A stretch of 63,145 bases of DNA, counting the filler, from Atractiella rhizophila (taxonomy: Eukaryota), in the NCBI GenBank assembly GCA_021432655.1. It is 7 parts of 7 records of this genome, joined end to end, with 100 filler letters (N's around TTAATTAATTAA, not from the genome) between each part and the next. Parts side by side here need not be neighbours in the genome. Positions count along the whole stretch, not along the records: positions 34,718 to 57,456 come from MU271413.1; 6 more parts are not named here. The stretch is one strand, 5' to 3'. The notes under the pieces were generated by a model that was not told where the DNA came from, did no database searches, and saw nothing but the letters and a program-made list of their open reading frames with translations. Below, in pieces: positions 39,313 to 55,493 of this stretch. The position numbers and the translations under genes were made by a program. Position 1 is the first letter of the stretch. Every line of letters begins with the position of its first letter.

Positions 39313-42300
39313 ACTTGCCAATCAGCTCTTTAACAGCTACACCCACTTCCCTAGATGCCTTTGAGACTTCCCTCGTCTTGCTAGTCTCATAAGCCTTGTC
39401 TACTCTCTTCTCCCTCTTTCCGTACTTGCTTTCAAAGAAATCGAGCAGCTTCTTCGTCGGATTCTTCTCGAAGTCGGGTTCCGACTTGCTCAGAATGTCC
39501 AACCACTTCCACTGATCTACAACTTCAAATTTGAGACCAGCTTGTTTGAGGAAAGCCAAGATGTCGTCCCAGGACGGACGGTCTGATGCACTCGCAGGAT
39601 TTACGACATGGAAGACTGGGGCCAATCCCGTCAGCTCTGGATCACTAAGAGTCAAATCCACAATGATCTTGGCGGCCCAATCGACGGGGAGCCAGTTGGG
39701 TCGTTCGTCAAAGGAGGGCACAACCCCGAGGGTGTCTGCGCTCTTGAAGATGAGCGAAATGGCTTCGGTTGTGTTCCACTTTCCATTCTTCGAGTCTCCC
39801 ACCAGCTGTCCGATCCTCAACACTCCGCTGCGCACCCCCGTCTTCTCACCTGCAGCTTGAGTGATCCGTTCTGCGACCCATTTGGACCGCGCGTACCCCA
39901 TCCCTTGAGCTGCATCCGTGTTGGAATAGTGTTGTTCGAACACTTGGGTGTCTTTGAGTCCGACGGTCGAGGAAACGGAAGAACAGAAGAAGAAGGAAGC
40001 GCGAGATGGGAGGGCGAGCTTGATGAGATGATAGACACCAGCGATGTGGTCTTGCTTAAACGACTCCACGGAAAGGTTAAAGTTGACAGACCATGCGTTA
40101 TCGATGATAGTGGTCACGGTCGATTGAACCTCCATATAGATTTCCGGTGAAAGGCCCAAGTCTGGCTTGGCGAGGGAGGAAGCTAAGGCGGATACTTTGG
40201 ACAGGTCGACGGATGACGGATCGTAGCCTCTCTCTTGCAAGGATGCCTTTGTGCGTTCCAAAGCGGAGGCATCATCCCGCGCTCGTGTCAGGCAGTAAAC
40301 TTTCTTGACTTGTGGGGAATCTACGAGGGTCTTGAGGATATGTGCTCCGAGGGAACCAGTAGCACCAGTGAGGACGACGACGTGAGACTCCACTTTCTTC
40401 CTCTCACCCTCCACCTTTTCGAAGTCGGAAAACTCAGCTACCAACCGAACCATCTTTTCGTCCTCGTTCTCTACCTTGCCTGCCTCTCTTCCATTGACGA
40501 TCGCGTCCAAGTACTGTGCGAGGCGTTCGATGGAGGGATGCTCGTATACGATGTTTTGCCCCAACCTGTTGCCCTTCAGGTCGACCTTTTTCTGTATCTG
40601 ATTCCTAATCCAGACGCTTTGCAACGAGTCCACTCCAAGTTGAAAGATATCCATCTCCGGCGTGATCTCTCCCTTGAAGGCCTGAACCGAGGGAACTTGG
40701 TTCAGGAGGTTGAAGAGGAACTTCGTCCAAGCCTCTTTGGAATCAAGGACGAGTAAGTTCTCCTCCTTTCCCTCCTCCGCCTTCCTATACGTCTCCTCGA
40801 TCACGTCCGCGAACTCCTTGTACACTCTTCCCCTCAACACCGTTCCCTTGTCAGCCCTCGGAACTGCCGCTCCCCTCGCTCCGATCCGCACCAGCTCCTT
40901 CGCGATCTTCGCATGGCTCTCCACTCCATTATTGACCCGCACCACGTCCGGCCAGAGCACCTCCACGATCGCTGCCTCCCCTTTCTCCTCCAGAACGCTC
41001 GGAAACTCCTCGTATGCGGGAAAGAGGAGGACTCCGCATGCGGATCTCCCAACTCCAAAGACGACAGCGTCTTTGATGTATTTTGACTCTCGAAGTCGTA
41101 GCTCCGTCAAGACAGGATTGACTTTCTCTCCGTTGACAAGGGTCAGGGTGTCGTCTTTCCTACCATAATATTTAAATCGATTAGGATGATCCGGGTGACG
41201 AATGAAGAGGTCGCTGGAGGAATAAGATCCGTCCTCGTTCGTGGATCGGACCAAAGAAGGCCACGTCTTCTCGACAACCAACTCATACACCTCCTCCTCA
41301 CCAGGCTGTCTTTCCCACCTCACACACTTCTCCGCCTTCGGCGTGAGTCTGATCCAATTCCATCCATTGTCCGAAGCATACTCCCTCTCTGAAGTAGCCA
41401 GCTGTCCCATCTCCGTCGCACCATAATGGCCCACCAAATTAACGCCTCTCCCGACAAGCACATCTCCGACGTTATCTGGACACGGTGCGCCGCCAAACGT
41501 GACAATGTCGCACTTCTTGAGCTCTTCGATCCCTTCCTCCTCTTCGCTCATCAACTTGATGACGTAGGGTACAGCGAAGAACGCCTGAGGATGAAGGAGA
41601 CGCATGATCTTGACAAGGTTTGGAGCAGTGATTGGCATCGATGAAGGGTACATGCACAGCTGTTTCTGACAATGTATAGCTCTGAAGAAAGTGCAGTGAC
41701 CGTGTCCATGGTACAGCGGGAGAGTGATGAGACCTGACTTGTTGAAGTTCTGCGAAAAATTGTGTAGCGAGGCTCGATTGTTCAAGAAGATGGGTTTCGG
41801 GAGACCCGTCGATCCAGACGAATGAATGATGAACGCCGTCCTGCTCTCTTCCCGTTCACTCGGCTCCCTCACAGGCTTCAAATACTCTCCCCTCTCCCAC
41901 CTCTCCTTCTCCACCACCCTCCTCAACTCTGGCGTCCCCTTCCCCTCCTTCCTCAAGAGTTCATTTCCGTCCTCAGCATTCCGTAGGTACGCGTCTTGGT
42001 ACAAAACGACCTTAACAGCGCTCTTCTCGAACAAATTCGCAAGTGCCAGGGGTCCGTTATTGGGAGAGAGGTAGAGGACGGACCAACCGAGACGGATGAG
42101 GGCGAGGACGTTGACGATGTAGTGGAAACCGGACTTGGACAGTATCCCAATCACACTGTCCCCTTCTTCGCTCGCTGGCACCAGTCCTTGGGATTGGTAT
42201 TCTCGAGCTAAGGCGCACGAGTACAGTTGCAGGTCGAGATTGGTGTGATGGTGCAGGTCAAAACCGTCTGGAGATGAGCTGGATGGTGTTGGTGTGAGTA

Positions 42301-42428
42301 GGATGCGGTGGTCCTGCTTTAGGATTAGACAGGATCGTGTAAATGAAGCGAAGAAGGAAGCGTACAGGTGCAGTCGCTGCTCGATCGTCGATCAATTGGC
42401 AGACGGTCTGGAAGTGTTGGTGGGACAT
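39272..42428 (-). CDS. NRPS-like adenylate-forming (carboxylic acid) reductase, A-T-R architecture
   Basis: A domain IIHSSGSTGLPKP, YGATE, GRKDD; T domain DIFQLGVDSL; R domain VLTGATGSLG and GYARSKW. One coding intron at ~42313-42365. Confidence 0.93.
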
Positions 42429-42966
42429 CTGCATATTTTCCAGTGAGCACGATACTTGTACACAGGAGATGGCATGCCTTGGAAGTAGTTATTGATTCTG
42501 GTCTTGTGTGGGGGATTCCCTGCTGGATTGCAGGGGCAAAGATATGCCATGGTGCTTATAAGACTCAGTGGCCAATGGCGAGCGTGGGGAGAGATGCTCA
42601 TTCGGCAACGGACCGCTCACTCCCCCATCCCTTTTCCGCCCACTCGCCCGTCTTTTTGTTTAAGCCAGGGACTATCTTTCATCCTGTATTACTATGCTTC
42701 TTACTCCAATCCCTATCTGTTTCTTCCTTGAAAACGACCACAGTCACGATTGGCAATGTCATAAATCTCCACAGAAACTGACAGAGACAGAAATACGACA
42801 GGAAATACTGTAAAGACAGAGACCTGCCACTTTCGAAAGCTTGGCACTCGGAAGAACAAAGTTCCATGCGCCAAGGCCATCTAAAATTAACACGCGAGCA
42901 GAGTCCACCTCCTCCACACCTCCATCGCCCGGACCGCTTGCCCTACCCCGCAACGCCCCATCCATA

Positions 42967-45272
42967 TCGCTGCACGACCAGCGAGAGCGTATAAAAGATG
43001 GTTCCTCCAGCTAACGAAGCAAGGGTGCAAGCTCTTCATTTTGCAGCGAGCTAGCGAAATCGTCTTCGAGTTAGCTTATTCTCCTCCAGCAAAACTTCGT
43101 GAAACTTGCAAGGTCAAAGATGGCTGAGAAAGTCGCACGTCCCGATTCCATGTCGGAAACTTCGTCCTTCGACGAGAAGAGGAAGGACGACTTTGCGGTT
43201 GAGGAGCTCGAGCAGTCCACGCCCGCCGCTCTCAATTCCCAAGTGCGTCTTCGTCTTCCTTCATTCATCTAGCTGACGGGAAGCAATGGAAAGGACGACT
43301 CATGGATCGACCGTCCAGGAGCCGTTGATGTCGATTCGCCTCCCGGATGGTTCGCTCGCAGGTTTCTGAAGAAGAACCCGTCGCCAGAGTTCATCAACGA
43401 TGTGCAGAGGATGAATGAGAGGGAGTTGGACGAGAAGGAGATGAGGAGGATCGATAGGAGGGTTGATTGGCTCATCGTTCCTGCTTTGGGTGTTTGTTAT
43501 GGCGTATGGTTTCCTTCCTTTCTCAAGCCTCTTCTGACGTGTGGTTATACCAGTTCTATTACGTCGATAAAACAACACTCGCCTACGCTGCCATCTTCGG
43601 AAGTACGTTCTTTTCTTTCTTTGCTCGCATAAATAACTAAATATTGTTCCGTTACAGTCAAGAAAGACCTTAACCTCACAAAGTCCGACTACTCCTGGCT
43701 CTCCTCCATCTTCTACTTTGGTGTACGTCGCTCTCTTTCTACCTACTCAAGAGCTCAAGACGTTGTTTCAACAGTGGCTATGCTGGGGTTTCCCAACAAA
43801 CTACTTGTGCGTCTAAAACCTTCACTCCTATCCAAACTATCCACTAACAGCAACTGGGCGACAGGATGAGGAAGTTCCCTCTAAACGCCTATCTCGCCGT
43901 CAACGTCAGCAGCCTTCCCTTCCGTCGCATGTTTCCTGTCTTTGCTGACTTGGGGATATCACACCCAGATCTTCCTCTGGGGCCTCCTGCTCATGTGTCA
44001 AGCAGCATCCAAAAACTTCGCAGACATGATGGTCCTCCGTTTCCTCTCCGGAGCATTCGAGGCTGCCGCTGACCCCTGTTTCCTACTCATCACGGCCACT
44101 TGGTACACAAGGGGCCAAGTCACTGCACGACCAGCGAGAGCGTATAAAAGATGGTTCCTCCAGCTAACAAAGCAAGGGTGCAAGCTCTTCATTTTGCAGC
44201 GAGCTAGCGAAATCGTCTTCGAGTTAGCTTATTCTCTTCCAGCAAAACTTCGTGAAACTTGCAAGGTCAAAGATGGCTGAGAAAGTCGCACGTCCCGATT
44301 CTATGTCGGAAACGTCGTCCTTCGACGAGAAGAGGAAGGACGACTTTGCAGTTGAAGAGTTCGAGCAGTCCTCGCCCGCCGCTCTCAATTCCCAAGTGCG
44401 TTCTCGTCTACCTTTCATTCATCTAGCTGACGGAAAGCAATGGGAAGGACGACTCATGGATCGACCGTCCAGGTGCCGTTGATGTCGATTCGCCTCCCGG
44501 ATGGTTCGCTCGCAAGTTTCTGAAGAAGAACCCGTCGCCAGAGTTCATCAACGATGTGCAGAGGATGAACGAGAGAGAGTTGGACGAGAAGGAGATGAGG
44601 AGGATCGATAGGAGGGTGGATTGGCTCATCGTCCCTGCTTTGGGTGTCTGCTATGGCGTATGTTTATCCTTCCTGTCTTAAATCTCTTCTAACGCGTGGT
44701 TTCACTAGTTCTATTACGTCGACAAAACAACACTCGCCTACGCTGCCATCTTTGGAAGTATGTTCTTTTCTTTTCTTTGCTCCCCAAATAACTAATATTG
44801 TTCCGTTATAGTCAAGAAAGACCTCAACCTCACAAAGTCCGACTACTCCTGGCTCTCCTCCATCTTCTACTTTGGTGTCCGTCGCTCTCTTTTTACCTGC
44901 CCGCGAGCTCAAACCACTTCTACAGTGGCTCTGCTGGGGTTTCCCAACAAACTACTTGTGCGTCTACAACCTTCACTCCTATCGAAAGTATCCACTAACA
45001 GCAACTGGGCTACAGGATGAGGAAGTTCCCTCTAAACGCCTATCTCGCCGTCAACGTCAGCAGCCCTCCCTTCCATCGCATGTTTCCTGTCTTTGCTAAC
45101 TTGTGGATATCACACCTAGATCTTCCTCTGGGGCCTCCTGCTCATGTGTCAAGCAGCATCCAAAAACTTCGCAGACATGATGGTCCTCCGTTTCCTCTCC
45201 GGAGCTTTCGAGGCTGCCGCCGACCCCTGTTTCCTACTCATCACGGCCACTTGGTACACAAGGGGCCAAGTC
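42967..45272. repeat. Diverged tandem duplication, 1153 bp unit (42967-44121 and 44120-45272)
   Basis: Promoter (TATAAAA at 42990 and 44143) and 5' exons of the MFS gene are repeated, a little over 90% identical by eye, with 2-nt TC microhomology at the junction. Confidence 0.95.
43120..44121 (+). pseudogene. 5' fragment of the Dal5-type MFS gene, truncated after WYTRGQV
   Basis: Same exons as 44273-45272, ending abruptly at the duplication junction. Confidence 0.8.
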
Positions 45273-46654
45273 CCGACACGGATCGGCCTTTGGGTATGTC
45301 CTCTGCCTGTCTCCTCTGTCCAGGAATGTTAAAAGGAGCGCCGTAGTATGCCTGGAATGGAATAGGTACGCTACAACTTGTTTCATAAATCTAGAAAGGA
45401 GACATTTTCTCACTCGGCTGGAAGGTATTGCTTTTGGCGGTTTGTTGGGATACGGCATCGGTAATATTCCTTCGACTGACAAGTTTCCGAGTTGGAAATA
45501 CGAGTTTCTGATCATCGGAGGTTGGTTCTTCCTTCTTATCTTTACACCAGATGCACTGAAGAATCTATCTCGTGTGGTGTGATTAGCGATGTGCGCACTA
45601 TGGAGTGTCATCCTCTACCTCTTTGTTCCGAGCTCCCCATACGACTCCAAATGGTTCACTCGTCGGGAGCGTCTCATGATCGTGTCGAAGAAGAGGAACG
45701 AGCAAACTGTGACGGATAACAGGCATTGGAAGTGGGACCAATTCTTCGAAGGATTGCTGGACCCAAAAATCTACCTCTTCTTCCTCTTCGGATTCACAGC
45801 TAACGTACCCAATGGAATCACCTCCAACTTTGGAACGCTCATCGTCAAGGGATTCGGATTCAGTACCCTTGGAACGACCCTCATGCAGATCCCTTACGGC
45901 ACAATCATCGCCTGCATGTAGGTCTTCAATCTTTCTCCTTCCCCGCGACATAGTTCTGAATTGTGTCGCCTTGCAGCATCCTGCTCGCCATCTACCTCAA
46001 TCGGGTCATACCTCCAGGAAACAGAACTTACCTGATGGCAGCAACGAACGTCCCCACCGTGGTCGGATTCGCCATGTACGTCCACTCAAGCGCTTCCTTA
46101 CCCCCTGCCTAGCTGACCTCCATCAAAGGATGCGCTGGTGCTCAGGCACTGCTCCCCGCCTGATAGGATACTGGATGACTGGCGCCTCCAACGCCACCTT
46201 CGTCCTCGGCCTGTCCATCGTCTCCGGAAACGTTGGTGGACAGACTAAACGAGCCGTCGCTTCAGCAGCCGTCTTCTTAGGTCTCGCAGCAGGAAACATC
46301 GTCGGTCCCTTCCTTTGTCCAGATCGTCAAGCCCCTCTCTACCCCCTTGGTGTGGTGGGGTCTATGGTGTCGAGGGCTTTGGAGGTGCGCGCCAACCTAG
46401 TCGTTTTCTCTGTGGATGTGGAGACTGAAATGTTGTCGTAGATCGTCGTCATCCTCGTCCTTAGGGTCATCTTCGTGTGGCAGAATAAGAAGAGGGATAG
46501 AGCGGTCAAAGAGGGAAGGGTCACTTATAACGCTGACGCGCTCGCGTTGGAGGATATCAGTGATTGGAAGGTTCGTTAGCGCGGCTTATCGTCTCTTTCG
46601 AAACGGATGCTGATTGTTGCTGTTCAGAATCCCGCTTTCAGGTATATCACCTAA
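44273..46654 (+). CDS. MFS transporter, anion:cation symporter (Dal5/allantoate permease) family
   Basis: RRVDWLIVP, FYYVDKTTLAYAAIFG, LRFLSGAFEA, WYTRGQVPTRIGLW, NVGGQTKR and terminal NPAFRYIT*. Confidence 0.9.
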
Positions 46655-46857
46655 GCAGACAGTTCAGCTCACGAGCACTTGAAATGATCTTGATGCATTG
46701 ATGCGTGATGGAGCCAGTGGGAGGAAAACTGTACATTTAGCAACGTATGAGCATTGCGAACTCCGACATTTCAGCTATCAGGCATGCTTCATGTCAAAAA
46801 ACAGGGTCCCAATTTAGTGAATCATGCAATGCCGTCAGAAAGCTTTGCGCGCCGTCT

Positions 46858-49422
<2,565 letters not shown>

Positions 49423-49528
49423 GTTCTCCTGTGGTGATTGGGTCACGTGGTTTGCTTGCTGGTTAGCTACTTTTAAGCGCTACGCGCTCCACCAAACAAC
49501 TCCACAAAAAGACAGAGAAAGAGCCGCG

Positions 49529-50165
49529 ATGGCAGACCAAGAAGGTGTGCAGTCCGTACCCATCCAAGCTCTCGGTGTCGAGCAGCTAGCAGCACTCAAA
49601 TCGCAACTGGACCAAGTGTGTGTCTCTCCCTCGCCAATCAACTTCTCACAGACTGTACTGTATCTAGGAAATCGCAGTGCTTTCGCAGTCGTTTTCTTCT
49701 CTACGTTTGGCACTTGGGAGGTTTCAGTCTTGTGTGAGCTCGTTGGATACCTTGAACGAGGGAAATAAAGGTCCGTTTTCTCGTTGTGCGAAGAAAAGGC
49801 CAGATCGAGAGGGTGAACGACAGATAAAACCGTGCTTGTGCCTCTTACCTCCTCTCTCTACGTTCCCGGCAAGCTATCAGATGTAGAAGAGGTGTTGATG
49901 GACGTGGGAACGGGATATTACGTCTCAAAGGTGCGCTCATCTACTTTCCTTCCAGTTCACGGCTCATTCAGGTTAACAGCCAGTAAAATCGGCGAAAACG
50001 TCGTACGAAGCGCGCATCAAAGAGTTAAAGCAGTCCTTAGAAGAACTTCAACCGCAGATCGAGAGGAAGGAGGACAATCGCGCGCTTGTGGTGAAGGAAT
50101 TGCAAGAAAAGTTGAGCAAGCGGGAGCGAGAGAGAGAAAAGGAAGAGAAGAAGAAACGCAAGTAA
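49529..50165 (+). CDS. GIM5: Prefoldin alpha subunit 5
   Basis: [14 protein letters not shown] and [13 protein letters not shown]; three introns. Confidence 0.92.
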
Positions 50166-50504
50166 ATTCCCACCAGCTGCAGCGGCAGCTTTCAAGGAAG
50201 TAAATAATGTATCATTTATTACCACATGTATCTGTTCCGGACGGGCTTGTGTGAAGTGCGAAGTAGATTGGAAATGGATCCATGATCTCAAGGTAACTTA
50301 GGATTCCAATGTCAAATTGTTGTTCTCATGTTAGAGATGCGAAAAGAGAATGGGCGAAGGAGAGACACAACAGAAACAGGGTTGATAATCCACTGGATCA
50401 AAGAGCGAAACGAAAGTTTCAAACACAAACGTACGGTAAACTCTTGACAAATGAAGAGCACTAACCCAAAACAACTCAATATTCACCTTCCTCTATTTAT
50501 TCGC

Positions 50505-53500
50505 CTACTCCCTCGGGCCTGGTATACTTGGTAATTTCCTCACTACCCTCGGCACCTTGCTCTGTCCCTGAAAATTCTGTCCAACAGGACTCGACGTTCC
50601 TGTCCCTCTGAAACCGAAATCTGAAAGTCGGACAGTCTTCGTCTCTCCCGCGACGGCAGGAGGGATGCTTTGGGCAGCAGCTGCATCACGATCCTCGTAC
50701 ATCCCAATCAGGTTCGATATCCGCGATGGACCAGCAGTGGATGGTCCTGCACCTCCTGATGAGAACTTGGAACGACGCATGGGGTCATCTCCATAATCAA
50801 TGGGGACGTCGGGTTCTGTCAATCACGAATTCAGTTATAATGTTACACGGGAGGTAAAAGAAGAGTGTACCAGTCCGGTCGCTATTGCGACGCATGCCCA
50901 ACGCGGGTCTTGCACCATTTCGATCGTGACGATAAGGGTCGACCTCTGAAGGAGAGGCGGGCAGTGCCCTCACTCCTCGGTATACCAGTTCTTCGTTTCT
51001 TGTCGGGGATACTGGCGATCGCGCAGGCTCGGTTCCAGCGTCTGACATGCCTCCGTATGGGTCTTCATCGTCATCCGCCACACTTGATTGGCCCTCTGTT
51101 GCATATTGAGTTGTTGGCCTGGAAGGAACATAGCTCTCGTCTGTTACGATTTCGGAAACGACCGTAGGGGGACGGACGCTAAGAATCGGCGGGGTTGGGC
51201 GGAAAACACGCGTCGGGGAAGCACGAGGGGTGGTGGTTTCCGGTTCTTCGTCTTCCTCCGATAGGACAGAATCTCGCCTCTTTGCGGTCGGATCATATTC
51301 TTGGGCTGTCATCCGCGACTTGGAAGAAGTCATAATATCGAGCCAGGTATCATCCTTCGACTGACTCCTCCCATGTCCATTCTGCCCTACCATCTCATCA
51401 AACGACGAGGCCTCCCGCTCATCGTACTCGAACGATCCGGTCGGCATTTGCTGGTTGTACGGAGACAGTTGTTTCCCACGTCCAAAAGGCATTCCACCAT
51501 GTCTGTCCCACTTTGAACTCCGCTGAGAACTGAGAGTCCCTCCAATTCCACGCCCCATGAAAGGGGCATTCGGAGGAGGAGGAGGAGGAGGACGTGGATC
51601 ATCTCCTCCTCCATGTCCAGCAGTGTTGAGTGTCGATCCGCCGATGGAAGCAGCAGACGAATGAGCAAAATCAGCTCCAGGGGACAGGTCTGTGAGTGCG
51701 TCTCCTCCAGCAGAAAGTTTTCTCGTTGGACCGGTGTAGCTGGGGCTGAAGACGGACTGGTCGATTGCTCGATTATTTCCAGCAGCAGAACCAGGACGAT
51801 TGGCAGAAGAGGAGCTAACTGGCATGGTATTGTACTTTGAAAGTCCAGGGGCAGAGATGGATTCCTTGATGGCGGGCATGGGCAGTGGCTTATCCTTCTT
51901 CCTCCTTACCGCACGCAAGAACGAAAGTCTCTTCCCTGACTTTTCCTTCGACTTCCGCTCAATTATTTCCTGCCTATACTCGCTCGGTACCGTCTCCTCA
52001 ATCAAGAACCATCGTTCCTCTGTTCTCCCGTCGCCATCCAGAGGCTGACTCGAAGAGCCCTCTGGCCGACTCTTCCACTGTATCAATCCCCAACTTGACT
52101 CCTTGTTCTCATCCCTAGTCCATCCTGAACTGATCAAAACGTCTGCCCACGCCTCGAAGAAGGTGTCGTCAAGCATGATTGGCCGTTCCTCGACCGGCTG
52201 CACATTGTAAGGAAAGGCGGGTAGCTGTTTCTCAGTCTTCCTCAGCTGTTGGGACAGCTCTGCCCTGCGTTCCGGCCACGAAGTGACCTGTTGTTTAACG
52301 GAGGAGGAGAAGTCAAGGTCCATTTGAAGGTAGGTTTCCCTGCCTGAGAAACCGGACGATGCAAAGGTTCCCCAATCCATGGTATCGTGTTTCGTCTTTC
52401 TCCCTGTCCGTTCGCTCTCCGTCAAATCGAACTGGAGCTTCTTTTCCTCTACGAGTCCATCTCCAAACCCCATATTCGTGAAACTGCTCCATTCCTTCTC
52501 CACCAAGCTCTTATAACGTTGCAGATCCCCTTTCACCACATCTACATCCGTCATATCGATGTTGCGAATATTAAGTAGGTGGCGGTAGGCAGATGTGTAA
52601 GCGGGTGTAGGAGGCACGAGGGTAGTGGACGAGGAGACGGCGGCAGGTTTCGTGGATGGGAAGAGGAGATTCCAAGATTTCGAACCCGTCACTTCCCACT
52701 GCCCTGCCCCGAGGATGATATTCTTGCTATGAAACCTGGCAAGCCGCTTGATTCTCTTCACTTCAACCAGTCTCGCCGTGGCCGTCGGTTTCGTGAGGTT
52801 GACCTGGATGGACTGGTCGTACGTCTTGATAAACTCTTCTAGCCGAGCGGGAATATGAACATTAGTGGTAGCCTTCTGGTCTCGGATCTGTCCAACGCCA
52901 TTGATGTCTTGAAGAGAACTTTACGAAAGGGGAAGAACGTACATAGGCTAGCAACATGTGCTCAGTTGCATGCGTGTATTTCAGCCAAACCGAGTAAGTT
53001 GTGTCGAACGTCTCATCATCCGGCAAACCAAAGATATATGCACTGAATAGCGAAGCCAACTTCTTAGGGGTCATTCCATTCTGGTGACTGTAGACGACAC
53101 ATGGTTACCGTCCAGGAAGACCAAATATACGGGGGAGAGGAAGGCAAACCTATAAGCTGCAGTCGAGCTCAGAAGTTCCATTAAGCACTGAAGTAGATTT
53201 GAAGTTTGAGTGGAAAGGTGGTATAAAAGATGAGTGGTAAAATAACGAGGCGGATAAATCTTCTCTATTCCACCCACACCCAACGCAACGCAACATCAAC
53301 CTTCTACACTTTGACCGAGTAAGAAGAGAGAAACGAACCACGCTCCCCAATCCTCCACCTCTCGTACATATCCCAAGCCAAAAAGCCATGTCCACCAGTC
53401 GGATTGTAGATGCGTCCCAAAGACCACTTTATCATGCTTGCGAGTGAAAGGGGGGAGGAAAATTGGATATCTATGTATATTCTCGTTAGCTTCCTCTTTT

Positions 53501-54178
53501 CATTGGCCGATTGGGGCAGAGAGCATACCCCGATACCACGCGCTTGGATCTTGCAAATAAGCACGGATAAGAGAGCAGTTAGCATCCACCGAGATATCCA
53601 ATGCGCGAGTTGAAAAGATGAGCGGGGTGTCCAGACCTGCAGCCTTTGCATTAGAACGGAAACGTTACGGCAAAATGAAAGTGATACCTCGAGACTTTAT
53701 TTGTTGCCCGCACTTGCGAATAATGTCTTCAACTCTGTTTGAGAATGAGCATACTATGACGGTGCAAACACTCAGGGGAACGCACTTGACGAGATCGAGC
53801 TCCCTCTCTGCCTCAATTGGCCTTTCAACACATCTTTTAACCGCTAGCATACTCAGATAAGGAAAGCAAGACGCACCAATATCCAAACATGAGTTGAAGC
53901 TCTTCATCCTCCAATCCACTCAAGCTTTTCCTCCCACCAGCTTCCTTTGGTCGTCCAAACTCATCCACCGTCGCTCCATAACTCGGATACGCAGCTCCTC
54001 CTCCACCAGTCCGAGTTGTAGGTTGGACTGGAAGTGTCTTCGACTTTTTCGTGTTCTTGCTGGCGATATCTTTGGCAGAAGGAGAAGGAGGAACCGGAGG
54101 AGAAGCAGGTGAGACACCCAAGTTGGGCAAGGGCTCGTCTGCGCGCAGCGACTTTTTGCGATTGAAGATGAAGGACAT
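50505..54178 (-). CDS. Msb1/Mug8 (DUF1708, RhoGAP-like) domain protein with long disordered C-terminus
   Basis: QIKSR|GLDTPLIFS, LASMIKWSLGR, SHQNGMTPKKLASLF, HATEHMLLAYVR and WSSFTNMGF...KKLQFDLTES. Confidence 0.7.
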
Positions 54179-55493
54179 TACATGAAAATCTCGTTGCTGC
54201 TCAAGCTCAGTCGAGTCGAATACTCGAGCTCTGAGGGAGGAGCTGCTGATGGCGAAGGCTGAGGGTGGTCGTCTGGCGGAATGCAAACGGGCAAAGTTCA
54301 AACTCTCAAACACCTCCGCCGCCTTAGCTTGTGTCCTTGCTGTTGGGACTTTGTTGAGCCTTCTTTTGCATTCTTTGAGTGCTTCTTTGAACGCTGGTCA
54401 TTCTTAGAACCTGCACTGAGAAGGCAGAGGTACCTAGCCGAACGCAGGCTTGAACAACTCCCGAGCAGCGAGCAGAACTTCAAGTTGACAATCCACGTGT
54501 GCACTGCAGTACAACTTCTCTGAAAAACAAGACAGAACGAAGACGTCAGAATAGGTCAGAAACGATAAATCCCTCATGATATGAGTATTGTGATGGCCAT
54601 CGCAATACAGGCGAGGGATACGTAAGGCGATAGGCGTTCTCCTGTGTCCCTGGTGTTCAGAACCCATCCAAGGTTATATTGTGAGAAAGGAGCCCGTACC
54701 TATTCGTGCGCACTTGAAAAATAAGCCTAGAAACCTAGAAATATTAAGGAGTTGTCAGTAAATATTCTCAGCGAAAGTAGAACAAGATAGCTGAAGAATT
54801 GGAGGAATGCCAGCCTAAGTGAGCTCCTTCAGTCCAACAGGATCGTCCCTGCCTCTCATAACTGAAAAAGAGGTAGATCCAATTCAAGCACATAGAGTAT
54901 ACTCGGTTGAATAAGAGTCCTTGCTCAAAAAATGCTCATGCTGTGTTTGTTACTCGGTACAAAGAAATGGCAAAGGAGTCAGGGCAAGAAATGTAGCCTA
55001 CCCTTCTTTGTTCCTATCTACTAGTGCAGGCGCAGTACCTCGAACGTAAGTGCAAGTGCAGATAATGAGGAGAATGACGAGGAGCAGGGACTGGAAGTTG
55101 AATAGAGCGGACTGGACGTGGCAGGCTGTCAGCTTGCACCTTTTGCCTCAATAGACAATGTATATGGCGTACCATAGTGACCAAGAAGTGGATACGCTTT
55201 CTGAAGCAGTCTCAACAGCTACACGATCACAGACGAGAAATGTTGTGGTTGTTTTAAATGAGGTCCACACTCAAAAGTCACGTGCCCTGAATGACGCGCC
55301 AAAATGAAATAGCTTCCCCCTTCTCTGACGGTATTGCGTGTCGAAATGAGTATAAGTTACATTGCACTAGATGCCGATCGATGCGAGATGCTTTCGTTGT
55401 ATTTTATATATACATTTTGTTTTCTATTCATGAATCCCAAGATGATTTTTGTTCCTTGTTTGTTCGAAGGTTTTGATACGACATGTTTCCGCT

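Noticed and set aside
39272..42181. Intron-poor NRPS-like gene as evidence of bacterial horizontal transfer
   Set aside because: It has a 5' intron and fungal-type motifs, and other native genes here also have exons over 1.4 kb.
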